The notes beneath the pieces were generated by a model. The model made no database searches and was not told where the DNA came from. It worked only from the letters and a program-made list of their open reading frames with translations. The position numbers and the translations under genes are program-made. A stretch of DNA of 64,000 nt from Mobula birostris (taxonomy: Eukaryota): NCBI RefSeq assembly GCF_030028105.1, contig NC_092400.1, forward strand, positions 16,244,001 through 16,308,000, read 5' to 3'. Of this stretch, positions 38,329 to 51,308 are shown piece by piece. The stretch's first letter is position 1. Each line of letters opens with the position of its first letter.

Positions 38329-39096
38329 CTCCATTTCTGACACTTTGTGCTAGTCACCTTCATATCAATTTTAAATAAATCTCCCTCTTTGCGACTGCAT
38401 GAATATATTTCACATTCATATTAACAGGCAACTGCAGTGCTCGATCACAGTGGAGCGATGCACCTTCCCCCTTGACAGAGACAACAATTTGGGTTTATGG
38501 TAGCTTGAGTGAAAATAAGAACCCAAGGCCTTTTGTAATTCAAGAATTAGAGAATACAGTAAATCGAGATGGATTTAAGCGGTATTCTGATGGGCAGCAG
38601 AACCAACAAAAGGATGGTAAATTAAAAAGCCAAGCTATCTCCCCAGTGATGAATTTGACTTAAACTGACAACAAGCAGTAGGCCACATGGTGCCAGAGTT
38701 GACAATGAAAATAGTCTCTGACAAAAATCACCAGCTGTTCTGGGGCGGGGCGGCGAAGACCGTGAGTTCCGAATTATATCATCTGTGGGGAATATCTCCA
38801 ACGGCTGCATGAACATTTGTCTTTTCACTGGGATAATAAAACTCTGACGCGTCAGGCTTCCCATTCCCATTCTGACATGTTGGTCCATGGCTGCCTCTTG
38901 TGCCAAGGTGAGACCTCCATCAGAGCGGACGAGCAACACCTTATATTCCGTCTGGGTAGCCTCCAACCTGTTGGCATGAATATTAACTGCAGTTGCCTGT
39001 TAATATGAATATGATATATATTCATGCAGTTGCAAAGAGGGAGATTTATTTAAAATTTGATATGAATGTGACTAGCACAAAGTGTCAGAAATGGAG
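38329..39096. repeat. Long inverted repeat: arms 38329-38438 and 38986-39096
   Basis: ctccatttctgacactttgtgctagtcac...aacaggcaactgcagt versus actgcagttgcctgtt...gtgactagcacaaagtgtcagaaatggag; few mismatches. Confidence 0.9.
38857..38986 (+). mobile_element. Penelope GIY-YIG endonuclease C-terminal fragment
   Basis: SHSHSDMLVHGCLLCQGETSIRADEQHLIFRLGSLQPVGMNI; homologous to 41650-41775. Confidence 0.8.
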
Positions 39097-39729
39097 AAAA
39101 AAAATGAAAACATTTTTATTATTAGCATCCAAGTCTGTTGCAAAACAATTGCCATTTTCAATTTATTCTAATAGATTCATTATTTAGTGAGATTTCCCAG
39201 AAGGAAATGGTTTTGTTCAGCTGCAGTCATTTAATAACACAAAAACTAAAGTGGCAAGAGATATGAAAAACTGGGTAAGCAATACTCTGGTGATTTGAGT
39301 GATAACATTTCAGATGCTGTAGTTGCAATCAAAGCCATTGGGGCCAGAAGGGGCTGACAGCCAAATGGCTGGTCTAGCACCTGACCTGTTGCTCTGTCTT
39401 GGGCTCTCCAATGAGCCCAGGGACAATGCATGTCCTATTGTGATGCAGCACTGGCTACGGTTCCTCTCTGGCCTCTCAGCTTTAGGCATTGCCGTATCAG
39501 CAAACACTACCCACCTACTGAATGAAGTCACCGATCTTCATTAAACAACAAAGTGAAGTGGCTTATTTGCTTTACTTAAATTTATATCAAGCAACTGTGA
39601 GTTGGTTAATTTAAATATGGTTAGGTATATTTTTTGTTTATTTTGTGACTATTTAGATGATAAAAAGTATATTTTAACTCATAAATATGCCCTTTTCTGA
39701 CCATTTCTGAATCACCAGAGATATTTGGG

Positions 39730-40048
39730 AGAAGGCTCAGGAGCTTGAAGACTCGTATGGCCAGATTTGGGAACGGCTTCTTTCCAACTGTGATAAGACT
39801 GCTGACCCGGATCTGGGCCGTACCCTCCAAATATCCGGACCTGCCTCTCGGGTTTTTTGCACTACCTTACTTTCCATTTTTCTATTTTCTATTTATGATT
39901 TATAATTTAAATTTTTAATATTTACTAATTTTTACTATTTTTAATATTTAATATTTGTAATCCAAGGAGTGGGAAGTGCAGAATCAAATATCGCTGTGTT
40001 GATTGTACGTTCTAGTACTAATTGTTTGGCGACAATAAAGTATAAAGT
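39730..40048 (+). mobile_element. Rex1/Babar LINE 3' end
   Basis: RLRSLKTRMARFGNGFFPTVIRLL then UTR ending gacaataaagtataaagta. Confidence 0.75.
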
Positions 40049-41647
40049 ATCTGGAAGCAGGATAAAGGATTTTTTAAAATTTTTGATTTATCGAGATACA
40101 GCATTGAATAGGCCCTTCCGACTCTTCGAGCTGCGCCACCCAGCAACCCCTACCCCACTGATTTAACCCTAGCCTAATCATCACTGGATGATTTACAACT
40201 GATATGTCTTTGGACTGTTGGTCGGCCTACATTTCTTGTTAGGTAGTTTTGATTTGCAATGAACCTATCTCGCATGGTTTGTACAGAATCGGGGTTTGTC
40301 AGAGGGTTGTTGCTATGACCACTTTACGCAGCACCTTCTCAAAGTAAGAGCACTGCTTGATAGGAGCAGAAATTCAGAGATTAGTGGGATGCCGTGGCTC
40401 CTAATGGACACTCCACACCCAGCTTAATCTATCGTTAAGTGTTGAAATTAACCCTGTTACATTGTGCTGCAATTTCTGATCTGCTCAGTGTAGTGATAAG
40501 CAGCATATTAATGCCAGCAGCAGGCTTTCAGAACTAAACTTGGCTGGAACTGTGCTTTATTGTGCCCTTGGGAGCAGCAATCAGAAGGAAAAGATGTTCC
40601 ATTAGATCAGCCACCTCCTAGCTTAGTTCTTCAGATGAGTCAGCTGAGCAGAATTTAATACTACTGTCCAACTCAGAAAGGAGAACTGGGCAATCGCTAA
40701 TTGCAAACAGATGGTTTAAATCAGTACCTGAGGCAGTTGCAAGACTGTGGTGCTTCAAGTTGGGAGAACTTCTCTGTTTTGTATTAGTATTAAGAATCTT
40801 TTAGCTATTGCTAAGAATGTTTACTGTCAGGTTAAGCATAGCTATTTGCTTTTATTTTCCCCTGAAGCAGAGTTCCATCTATTTTGCACACATTAGGATT
40901 GTGAGCTTGTTTGTTCTAAGAGTTTGCAAAATAAAAATTTGCATCGAATTTGCAATGCTTTGTGCAGTTTCATCGGTGTCATGAAGAAAAAGAATATATT
41001 TGCATTTTACGCAGCAGCTTTCTTGACTCCAGGACCATCTTAAAGTTGCCAATGAAGTACTTTCAAAATGCAGCCAACCGCAATGCATGCCACAAGATCC
41101 CATGCTTAGAACCAGTCTTCTTCAGGTCGTAGGGCTAATCGTGTTTGATCCCGCAGTTCAATGAGTTTGTCCTCAACCCCTGGTGACAGTGCTGAATTCA
41201 TGGTGGAGTGGGAGTACAGATTGATGCGTGCCTGTCACTTGGGCCAAATGATTTGCTCTTTAAGGGAGCTAGTACTGGCCTGAAGGAACGAATGAGTGAA
41301 TATCCTTCTGTGCTCAGCTCTCCTGTGGGCCTCTTTCCCCTTCTGTCGCAGAACCAAGAGATAGTCACTAAGCCACAGGAACTAATACGGGTGAGATATT
41401 TGCAGAACCCAGGATGCTCTTCGGAGCAATATGCTCTTGTCGAAGTGCACGCTTCCTCCTTCCGTATTGCGGAAAACAAGAAGTATCACTGGAAATCCCC
41501 AAACCAGCATTTGTGAAATGCAGTGAATCTGAGTGTGTTTTGCGAATACCAAATACTATTCATGTCAAAATCACGTTAGGTTGTAGGATTTTTGTTTTGC
41601 AGTGGCTAGTTATCTTGAAGTATGTTATTGATTTGAACAGGAACAAT

Positions 41648-42137
41648 TCCTATTCCCGTTCCAACGTGTCAGCCCATAGCCTCCGCTTGTGCCACAATGA
41701 GACCACCCTCAGGGTGGAGGACAAACCTTATATTCCATCTGGATAGCCACCAATCTGGCGGCATGAATATTGATTTCTCCTTCCAGTAAAAAAATAAATT
41801 TCCCTCCCCCTCCCCTCTTCTTCTATTCCCTATGCTGGCCCCTTACCTCTTCTCACCTCCCCCTGGGTCCTCTCCTCCTTCCCTTTCTCCTATGGTCCAC
41901 TCTGCTCTCCTATTAGATTCCTTCCTCTCCAGCTCTTTACCTTTCCTACTCACCTGGCTAGCCTTCTTCCCCGCCCCCACCTTTTTATTCTGTCCTCTTA
42001 CTCTTTCCTTTTCAGTCCTTGGCCCGAAACATTGACTGTTTACTCTTTTCCATAGATGCTGCCTGACCTGCTGAGTTCCTCCAGCATTCTGTGTGTGTGT
42101 TGCTTTGAATGTCCAGCACCTGCAGAATTTCTTGTGT
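41648..42137 (+). mobile_element. Penelope-like element 3' part (endonuclease end, UTR, tail; hammerhead core deleted)
   Basis: HSLRLCHNETTLRVEDKPYIPSG; cagtccttggcccgaaac lacks CTGATGA. Confidence 0.8.
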
Positions 42138-42199
42138 TGGTGATGTGAGCTTTGCAATGCTCACCAACATGGCGTACGGTGCTATTCAGCATGTCCTTA

Positions 42200-42421
42200 C
42201 ACTTGTTGTGTTGTCCCTTTTTCGTGCCTTGTGGGGCATTGGGTGGCATTCTTGCCATTTCCTTAGCATTTGTCTGTTTATTATGAGGCTGAGTTGCTAG
42301 CTTGATGCTCAAACCGTCTGGGCTGGCACAGATGGAAAGCGTGCAAAGAGCAGGACAGATTTGAACCCAGGACCATACGCCTTGAAGTCCAATGCTGATA
42401 CCACTACACCACCGACCAGGT
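42200..42421 (-). mobile_element. tRNA-derived SINE
   Basis: Reverse strand: TGGTGTAGTGG (A box), GGTTCAAATCT (B box), tail gggacaacacaacaag. Confidence 0.7.
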
Positions 42422-42425
42422 ACAT

Positions 42426-42432
42426 ACACACA

Positions 42433-42500
<68 letters not shown>
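42426..42500. repeat. (CA)n microsatellite with one interruption
   Basis: Directly visible. Confidence 0.95.
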
Positions 42501-42506
<6 letters not shown>

Positions 42507-42847
42507 TTAACTGTATGAAATGATAACAGCCCTGCTGAGATAAATGATAATTCAAAGCATTGTCCAAAGTCACCTTGGTGGGTTAAGATTATTACCACCT
42601 GTCAAAGAAGTAGCTCCATCAACTCCAACCAAATTACACAGGCAACACAAGCAGATAGACATAGTGAATGAACTTCAACTGAGATTGTTCTGCAGCCATT
42701 TATGAAACCCAATTTCCACTTGCCTGACAGCATTGTGAAGTGTTTGAAAAATAGCCACCTTATTCATCTATCTAGTTGCCATGGCATTCCGAGACATTCC
42801 TGGGCGAAGGTAAGAACATTTTGTAAATGCGCTTTTCAGCATTCTGT

Positions 42848-43142
42848 CACAGTACGGTAGTGAAGCGATTAGCGTAATCCCAATATAGTATCTATGAATG
42901 AGGTTCAATTCCACTGCTGTCTGTAAAAAGTTGGGACATTCTCCCCATGGGCTTTCTTCAGGTGCTCCATTTTCCTCCCACATTCCAGAGATGTACAGGT
43001 TAGAGTCAGTAAGTTGTGGGCATTCTATGCTAGCTCAGAAGTGGCAGCACTCCTCAAACTGTGCTGGTTTTTGATGCAAGTGACACATTTCAATTTACGT
43101 TTTGATGTTTCCACGTACGTGTGACAAATTACCTTAATCTTT
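42848..43142 (+). mobile_element. HE1/V-SINE-like SINE
   Basis: cagtacggtagtgaagcgattagcg...ggttcaattccactgctgtctgtaa...ggtgctccattttcctcccaca. Confidence 0.7.
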
Positions 43143-44357
43143 CCCTTACACAATAGGTTCTGCAGGTGCTGGAATCGTTACCTTTATCTATTACGTCAGG
43201 TAACAAAGCACCGCAACAGAGAGCCAACTCTGATTGTTGGAAGCCAGCACTGAGCCCAAATTTTCTTCCTCTGGTTAATCTTCATGAAAATTGTAGTGGT
43301 CAGTTTGCATAATAGTGGATTTTACAAAACTTTGCCTGACGAGTGGAAAGATCTACAGCCAGCGAAGTGGAGTTTAAATATACCTTTGGAGTGACTTTTT
43401 GGTACTTTTTTCACAATTGTTACCAGTCATTAGGTGAACAGGGGGACATCAGCAGCCCCACTATAGGACTACCTCCAGTGAAATTAGCCCTGACTTGCAC
43501 TAGACCCTAGAGATTTAATAATTATATTGTTATTAAGTATGTTCCCAAAGTTCCTTATTCATGAGATGCAGATAATCTTTCCATGTGGCCAGAAATGGCA
43601 GAAATCCTGCCTGAGGAAAAGTACTTCTATGCTTAGCAGATGAGAATGAGTTTCAAGGAGAAAAGCAACACCTGACAAAAATGGTGGAGGCCTTCCCCGC
43701 TCTGGCTGAGCAGAGTTATTGTCAATGAAGGCTTATCAATCCACAAGGCAGACTAGTTTTCTAAAAACCTCCAGTACAAACTTAAAAGTGGCCTGCGCCA
43801 CTCTCAATGTCATGGTCACGGTCACCCTCACGCTTTGAAACCTTGCCACAGGGGGATTGCAGACTTCCTCTGATGGGATATGCTTCACTTGACACATTGC
43901 GGCTTACTGCTGCATTACAGGGGTCAAGGAAAGCACAGCCAACAAAATGGGGAACACTTGCAGGGAGATTTACCTGCAATACAGGATTCCCAACAGTTGA
44001 AAGCTTTTCAACAGAACATAATAACAAAACAAATGGAAACAGGAGCAAGCCATTGATCCTCTTGACCCTGCTCCACCATTCAATAAAGCTATGCCCTGTC
44101 TTTTCCCTCAGTTCTTGGTACCAGGTAATTTTCTGCCTTATTTATTGCAAGAGGTCAACAGCTGTTATTCCTGAGACAGAGTAGCAATATAAAAGAGAAG
44201 TGACAGCACTCAATTTCATAATTATGCCAATCAAATTTAGATTTTCTATAGAGCTTCATAAGACAGCATTGACAAAATAGCTGGCGAAACAATGCAGGTG
44301 AATATATTGACTAATATTTCACCACTGGGGAAACATTTCATCAGATTACAAGGAACA

Positions 44358-44817
44358 GAATCAGAATCAGGTTTAATATCATTGTGATTTTTTCTTCTTT
44401 GTGGTAGCAATACAATGATAATAATAATAATAATAAATAGAAATAAAGAAGTAGTGAGGTAGTGTTCATAAGCTTAATGTCCATTCAGGAATTGGATGGC
44501 AGAGGGGAAGAAGCTGTTCCTGAATTATTGAGGTTTCTGTACCTCCTTCCTGATGGTAGCAATGAGAACAAGGCATAACCTCGGAGAGAGGGTCCTTAAT
44601 GGCGAATGCCGCCTTCTTGAGGTATCACTCCTTGAAGATGTCTTGGGTACTACGGAGGCTAGAGCCCATGATGGAGCTGACTAAGTTTACAACTCAATGC
44701 AGCTTAGTTTGATCCTGTGCAGTAGCTCCCCGCCACCAGATGATGATGCAGCTAGTTTGAATGCTGTCCATGATACACCTGTAGAAATCTTCAAGTGTCT
44801 TTGGTGACATACCAAAT
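44358..44817 (-). mobile_element. Rex1/Babar LINE 3' fragment
   Basis: gaatcagaatcaggtttaatatca tail; gatggcagaggggaagaagctgttcctgaa and upstream coding remnants. Confidence 0.75.
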
Positions 44818-45604
44818 GGGAACGGGTCATTTGATCCCTTTCACTGCCCTGGCATTCAGTGCCATCACAGCTGATCTTTTACCTCAGCACCATTTTACTG
44901 CAATAACCTCCATTATATCCTGATCCCTTCATACCAAAATATCAATTTTGTCTTGAAAATGCTCAACAATGTGCATCCACAAATGTCTTGACTAGAAAAT
45001 ACCACAAATTCACTTCTCACAGGGAAAAACAAATCATCCTTATTTCAGTCGTGAATGGACATCTGACTATTTGGTTACCATGACCTCTAATTTAGACCAA
45101 GGGAATATCATCCTTGCATTTTCACACTGAACAGCCTGGTAAGAATATTTTATGTTTCGATAAGATCACCTCTCAACCTTCTAAGCTTGCCTGAAAACCT
45201 TTTTGTGTCTTGTGCCAGTATTCAATAGCTACAGAAGTTGGGACAATCTCAAAGTTATATCTTCAGGGCATTTTCCACTGGTTGACTGATGCCGCAATCA
45301 GTCAATGCAATGTAAGACAACGTATTCCTAGTTTTGAAACACAATCTGACAAAGCTGTCTGCCAGAAAAATTGATATGGGTTATACAGTTTTTTGTGGAG
45401 GAGGGGGAGGTAAGTTTGATTTGCCAAATGCTTTCTGGAAAATCAAGGCAAAGACAAAGATTATTATAGGGTCATGGTTCCTATAATATAGACATAGGCC
45501 TTTGCCCCACGAAATTTTCATCAACCATTGAGCATCTGTGTATGCTAAACTGCAAAGAGTAATCATTGTGGTTTATTTAATTATCCTCATGAAGTCTTCC
45601 GTTT

Positions 45605-46118
45605 TCATATAGTTTGCTCTCTGCTCACTAATGCTATTGCTTGCTGCTCCTGAGGGAAGGCCTTTGTGTTCGAGTGGTATCTCTCTCCCTCTATGCTGTC
45701 AGGGTATGCTAGCAAAGTTCTGCAATTTATGGATTGGACTGTGGACTGTACTTCACTGGGACTCCTTCAGTTTTATGTTTCTATATACTGTGTTTTCACC
45801 CATTCTTTCTTGTTGCCAATTGCACGATTTTTTTGTGTGTTGTGGGGGAGCGGGGTTGCACTATGTTTTTCTGCATGGGGGGACTGTTGATGCATTTGTT
45901 GCCGTTTGAGTGAATTTTTTTTGTGTGGGGTGAGGCTGATGATCATGTTGCCATTTGCGAGATTTGTTTTTTTTTCTGTGCAGAATGGGAGGAGGTTGAT
46001 GTTTTTCTTTGAATGAACTCCTTAGTTTTCTTTGTTTTATGGCTATCTGGAAAAAAAAAACAAATTTCTGAGTTGTTTACTGCATATGTACTTTGCTAAA
46101 TAACAAACCTTTGAACCT
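45605..46118 (+). mobile_element. Non-coding Rex1-tailed element
   Basis: GT-rich body ending ggctatctggaaaa...tgagttgt...aataa...ttgaacc; a similar shorter copy lies at 46390-46563. Confidence 0.5.
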
Positions 46119-47404
46119 TCTTAGTGCTTCTGTGTTAATGAGATGCAATATAGGGATGACTTGATAAGTATTTTTCCTCAATGCGTGTCATTTCTATTCA
46201 TAGTCCCTTGTAAAGCCTTCAATTTCTTAACAATTACCCCAACAGAAATCTAATGCCACCAGTTACAATCTTTGTTAGAAATTCTACCTAACTGCAGAGA
46301 AACTGGAACAAGAAATAATTTTCATGATCTATCCAGATGATATTGACCAAAGGAGCATTATACACAAATGCCATCTTGACCAGAAGTTTGGGGATAAGTG
46401 TGCCTGTTCCGTTTTTGTTCGTCTTTTGTGTGGGGAGGAGGAATTTGCAGGTTGATGTTTCGTGCTGCCATTCTTTTCTTTCTTGGTTTCGTGGCTATCT
46501 GGAGAAGAAGAATTTCAGAGTTGTATACTTTGGTAATAAATGAACCTATGAACCCTTGAACCTTTGGAATAATTTAATCACCCTATATTCCTGCTAATTT
46601 CATTATCATGGTTCATAAAGCCCCAATTGAAATTTATATCTAACTTCTCTATGCTGATTATTCAAAGCAATATAGAATAATAAGGAAAGGCGAAGTAAAA
46701 CAAAAATACCTTCAGATTTCTTCAAGTATGAATGGTCCAATCAGGGAGATATGCAGAGGGGAAAGATACATGATCTGGAGAATTATTGCCATACTTAGCC
46801 ACTGACCCGACTTGATTGCTTAAAGCCACAGTCTAATTAATCTTAGCAGAGAAAGATAGGTATTGCCCTCTCTGCCCAAATGTACCCATAAACGGCACTC
46901 ATGTATAATGTTGGCAGGAACTTGTCTTGGCTCCTCAATCTTTCAGATATTCTGCCTCTTTCTAAACTAAGAATAGGTTCTGATTAAAATGTAAATTTAT
47001 CATGAACTCAAACTTCATTGCCACTGCAAGAGCCTGTTGTGTACCGACGAACAAAGTGTTTGAGCGTCGAGAGTTCAAACCTGGCCCAGAGCTCATTAAC
47101 TCCCTGACAGTACTAATCCTCACACTGTTATACACTTCAGCAACATATATTATCTACAGCCAGTGTCTCAGGGTACTGAAGTGGTAAACACCAGTGCAGT
47201 CTCCACAAAAACCTTCAATTCCACTAATAGGATAAGTAATCCAATTAACTATCCAAGAGATAGTTAATTCTCTTCAGCTATTTTTGGAGCAAGAAGAAAT
47301 TCCAGGAATTCAAACATTTGGTTGGATTCCATCTCTATAAATTAAGAAAATTTGATTGATTTTTAAAAAAATTTCTCCTTTTCTTATCCTTGGTATTAAA
47401 ATGC

Positions 47405-47765
47405 TAATTACACTCAGTTGATGGGTAGACGACATCATTTAAATGCCTGACACCACTCTCGCAAAAGAGACATTCTTCTCCGAGCTCTGCTCTGGCAAGG
47501 GATCACCAAAAGCAAGGTGGCGGGGGGAGCACTTTATGGACGTTCTCAATATCTCCTTGAAAAATTTTAATGTGCTTAATGCTCCTGGCCCAAGATTGAT
47601 CAAAGTGGAGAAGGAGGATCTGGAACTACCCTGAGTACCTGGTCAAGAGCAATTAGAAGCCAGTGAAAATGATGAAAGAAGTACTTCTAGGCTACCCACC
47701 TGCACAGCCATTCAAGTATGTTGTACCTCACCTGTGGCAGAGTCTCCAGGTCACACATTGGCTTT
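47405..47765 (+). mobile_element. RTE (Bov-B-like) LINE ORF C-terminal remnant
   Basis: MPDTTLAKETFFSELCSGKGSPKARWRGEHFMDVLNISLK resembles RMPD.RLPKQ..YSEL..GKR..GG..KRFKD.LK.SLK. Confidence 0.7.
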
Positions 47766-48117
47766 AATGTTCTCCTTTGGAATGGACCTCACTATACCAC
47801 ACAAGAAGGAGAACAGAAACTAATCTTTTCCTTTGGCTTCACATTGACTTGAACGCCCTTCAGCAAAACTATTTCTACTGTGCAACAGAGGTTACGGTTA
47901 TAAAGATAAGGCTATTGAGAATTTACAAACAAGAACAATGACATTCTTTGTTTTTCTAGGTTGGGGAAATATTATTTGAATTTTTTGAGAAGTTTTTGGA
48001 ATGTTTTAGGCACATGTCAAATAAAAGAGACTCAGACGCAAGTAACGTTTTCACTAGTTACTAGAATAAAAAGATTCATCTTTGCTGCATGGATGGTTAA
48101 AAAAAACTTTGTTATGT

Positions 48118-48290
48118 GTAGCACATGCAAAATGCTGGAGGAACTCAGCAGACCAGGCAGCATCTATGGAAAAGTGTACAGTCGATGTTCTGACTCTTTT
48201 CCATAGATTTTGCCTGACCTTCTGAGTTCCTCCAGTATTTTGCATGGTTGTTCAGATTTCTAGCATCTGCAAATTTTCTCTTGTTTGTGC
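48118..48290. mobile_element. Fold-back pair of Penelope tails
   Basis: aaatgctggaggaactcagcagaccaggcagcatctatggaaaag...cttttccatagat...gagttcctccagtattt. Confidence 0.85.
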
Positions 48291-48682
48291 TTCACTATAT
48301 GTAGATTTCTTGATATTTTCCCTGTGAAATGCATATAGAAAGCAAGAATAAACGTCACAAGCTATACACACATTATTCGTTGATGAACAAAGTAGAAGCT
48401 AATTGACACAATCTAGTGATAGATAGACCTCAGCTTGTGTGGCTGGGCTAATAAATTAGACCTCCATTATTCACTCCAAGCTAATTGAGCTTCATGAAAT
48501 GAACTATCAGTTGGGATGTAGAAAGGGTGGGCAGTCTGCAAAAGAGTATTTTGAGTCCCACACAGAATTTGAATTTCACTGGTAAATGTTTTGTTTCGTC
48601 ATGTTTCCAGGTTTCTAGTTCCCCTCGTCGTACCTGCTGAAATCAGTTGTCAAAGCACTGGTAGGGTGTAATAGCATTATTC

Positions 48683-49790
48683 ATAAGACCATAAGATATA
48701 GGAGCAGAATTAGGCCATTTGGCCCATCGAGTCTGTTTCACCATTTCATCATGGCTGATCCATTTTTCCTCTCAGCCCTTATCTCCTGCCTTCCCCCCGC
48801 CCCACTGTATCCCTTCATGCCCTGACCAATCAAAAATCTATCAGCCTCAGATTTATATAAATATACATAAACACTTGGCCTTCACAGCTGCTTATGGCAA
48901 AGAATTCCACACTTTCTGGCTAAAGAAATTCCTCCTCATCTCCGTACTAAAAGGACACCCCCTATTCTGAGGCTCTGTCCTCTGGTCTTAGACACTCCCA
49001 CCATAGGAATCATCCTCTCCACATCCATTCCATCAAGGTCTTACACCATGCAATAGGTTTCAATTAAGTCACCCCTCATTCTTCTAAATTCCAATGAATA
49101 CAGGCCCAGAGCCATCACATGCCCTTCATATGACAAGCCATTTACTCTTGGAATCATTTTTGTTCACCTCCTTAGAACCTGCTCCAGTTTTAGCACATCC
49201 TTTCTAAGATAAGGGAACCAAAACTGCACAGAATACTTCAAGTGAAGCCTCACCAGTGCTTATAAAGTCTCAGCATTACATCCTTGCTTTTATATTCTAC
49301 TCTTCTTGAAAGAATGCTAACATTACATTTGCCTTCCTCACCACAGTCTCACCTGCAAATTAACCTTTAAGGAATCTTGCACAAGGACTCCCAAATCCCT
49401 TTGCACCTCAGATTTTTATATTTTCTCTCCATTTGGAAAATAATCAGCCTTTTCATTCCTTCTACCAAAGTGCGTGACCATAAACTTTCTGACACTGTAT
49501 TCCATCTGCCACTTCTTTGCCCATTTTTCTAATCTGTCTACTTCCTTTTGTATCCTCCCTATTTCCTCAACACTATCTGCCCCTCCACGTATCATCTTCA
49601 AACTTTGCAACAAAGCCATCAATTCCATCACCCAAATCACTGACACATAACGTAAAAGGAATCAGTCCCAACATGACCCCTGTGAAACACCACTAGCCAA
49701 CCAGAAAAGGCTCCCTGTATTCCTACTTTTTGCCTCCTGCCAATCGGCCACTGTTTTACTCATGCTAGGCTCTTTCCTGTAATACCATGG
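48683..49790 (-). mobile_element. CR1 (HER1-like) LINE 3' 1.1 kb
   Basis: SGVSQGS, IQKEVDRLEKWAKKWQMEYSVRK, and (cataagac)n tail. Confidence 0.9.
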
Positions 49791-50929
49791 GCGGTGTCTT
49801 GACTGCCCACAGATGATCCAGCAGCAGATGGCAACATGTTCAAGGAATGGTTTGAAAATGGCTGATTCCCCTTTAGCTACACAAACCATTTTACACACAA
49901 CCAATCCCCCAGTTCCAAGCAAATTCCATACATTGTTTGAATGATCTTATTGAAATCAACTAATTTGCGTTGAAAACACTTATGCAACTTTGTAGCCTGT
50001 TTTCTTCATATATTTTAGCAAACTGTTGTTCTTTTTTGTTAACTGTAGGAGAGGTTCAGTTGCAGTTTTTGCTGAATCTAGTTCTTCGACCTATTAAAAG
50101 AAACAGTACAAAATATGAAAGATGCTATTTTGGCAAATGGGAATTTCATTCCAAGTGTCTCTGAGTACTTGTGCATGCATCATATCGATTTCTGTTTTGC
50201 ACCTTGCCAACACTGAACTGATTCTCATTATTTTGTTCAACATTAACTATCTTTTCATCGCCTGTTTAATATCAGTAGAACAGACTTTTCAGTCTTACAC
50301 TCTAATTAACAATTTAAATAATTCATCTGAAGTGAGGTTAATTTCTGATGTGGCCATTTAACCATTGTTAATTATCACTTCAGCCTTATTCAAAATTCAG
50401 AGGGTGTTTTCTAAATTAAAGTTAAAAAAATTAATTAGGAAGCTTGCATGCTGAACTGTATAATAATGGAAAATTACAATCATTGCACAATAAGACCCAA
50501 GAAGCTGAATGTTTAGGCATCAATCCCTAGAAGACAATCCCAGTTAATTACATGCATTGCTAATTTAACATGTTTGTGGATTTTCATACTGTCATTATGA
50601 AACTATGTGATCATAGAAATTTGTAGTATTGAGGAAGCACATCGGAATCATTGCATCCATGTGAGCCGATAAAGCCTTATCTGTGGTCCAGAGCCTGGTA
50701 AGTCGTAGTGCTTCAACTCTACTTCAAGTAGTGAAGATTTCAACCTCCTTCATCCTTCACAGATTTTGTTGCTGTCAAAAGATTTGCTCTTGAGGGTTTT
50801 GTAGCTATTGTTAACAAGTTAAAATGACAGATTAGTTTCAAAGGCCAAAAGGTGACTCGGTGGACTTGCTGTCAATAGCTTCCTAAGCTATTCCTGTTTA
50901 CTGCTGGAACTGTCCAAAGGGATTAGCCT

Positions 50930-51246
50930 TGTTTGTCACATGTAGAACGAAACATTGAAGTGCACGGTGAAAGGTGTCATTTGTGTCCAAGCAAACCAGC
51001 GAGGATTGAGCTGGGCAGCCCGCATGCCTCACCATGCTTCCGGTGCCAACATAGCATGCCCACAACTTCCTATCTCTAACCGTACATCGTTGGAATGTGG
51101 GAGAAAGATGGAGAACCTGCAGGAAACCAGCACAATCACAGGGAGAACGTACAAATTCCCCACAGGCAGCATCAGAAATTGAACCCTAATCGGTAGTCGC
51201 TGGTGCCGTAAAGTGATATGCTAACTGCTATTCCATTGTGACACCC
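50930..51246 (-). mobile_element. HE1/V-SINE-like SINE
   Basis: ttggaatgtgggag...ggagaacgtacaaattcc...gaaattgaaccc...ccattgtgacaccc. Confidence 0.75.
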
Positions 51247-51308
51247 ATAGGCGTTCAGTGATTCTATCCATTATCTGACCACACAACTTTATTATTCCTC
51301 TTCACTTC

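Noticed and set aside
39323-39544. ORF ending LLNEVTDL, superficially like a later TMEM132 exon
   Set aside because: Only a few residues match, the rest is dissimilar, and the intervening exons are missing.
48683-49790. Intact autonomous retrotransposon
   Set aside because: 5'-truncated and frameshifted; no full RT or transposase ORF is present anywhere in the ORF track.
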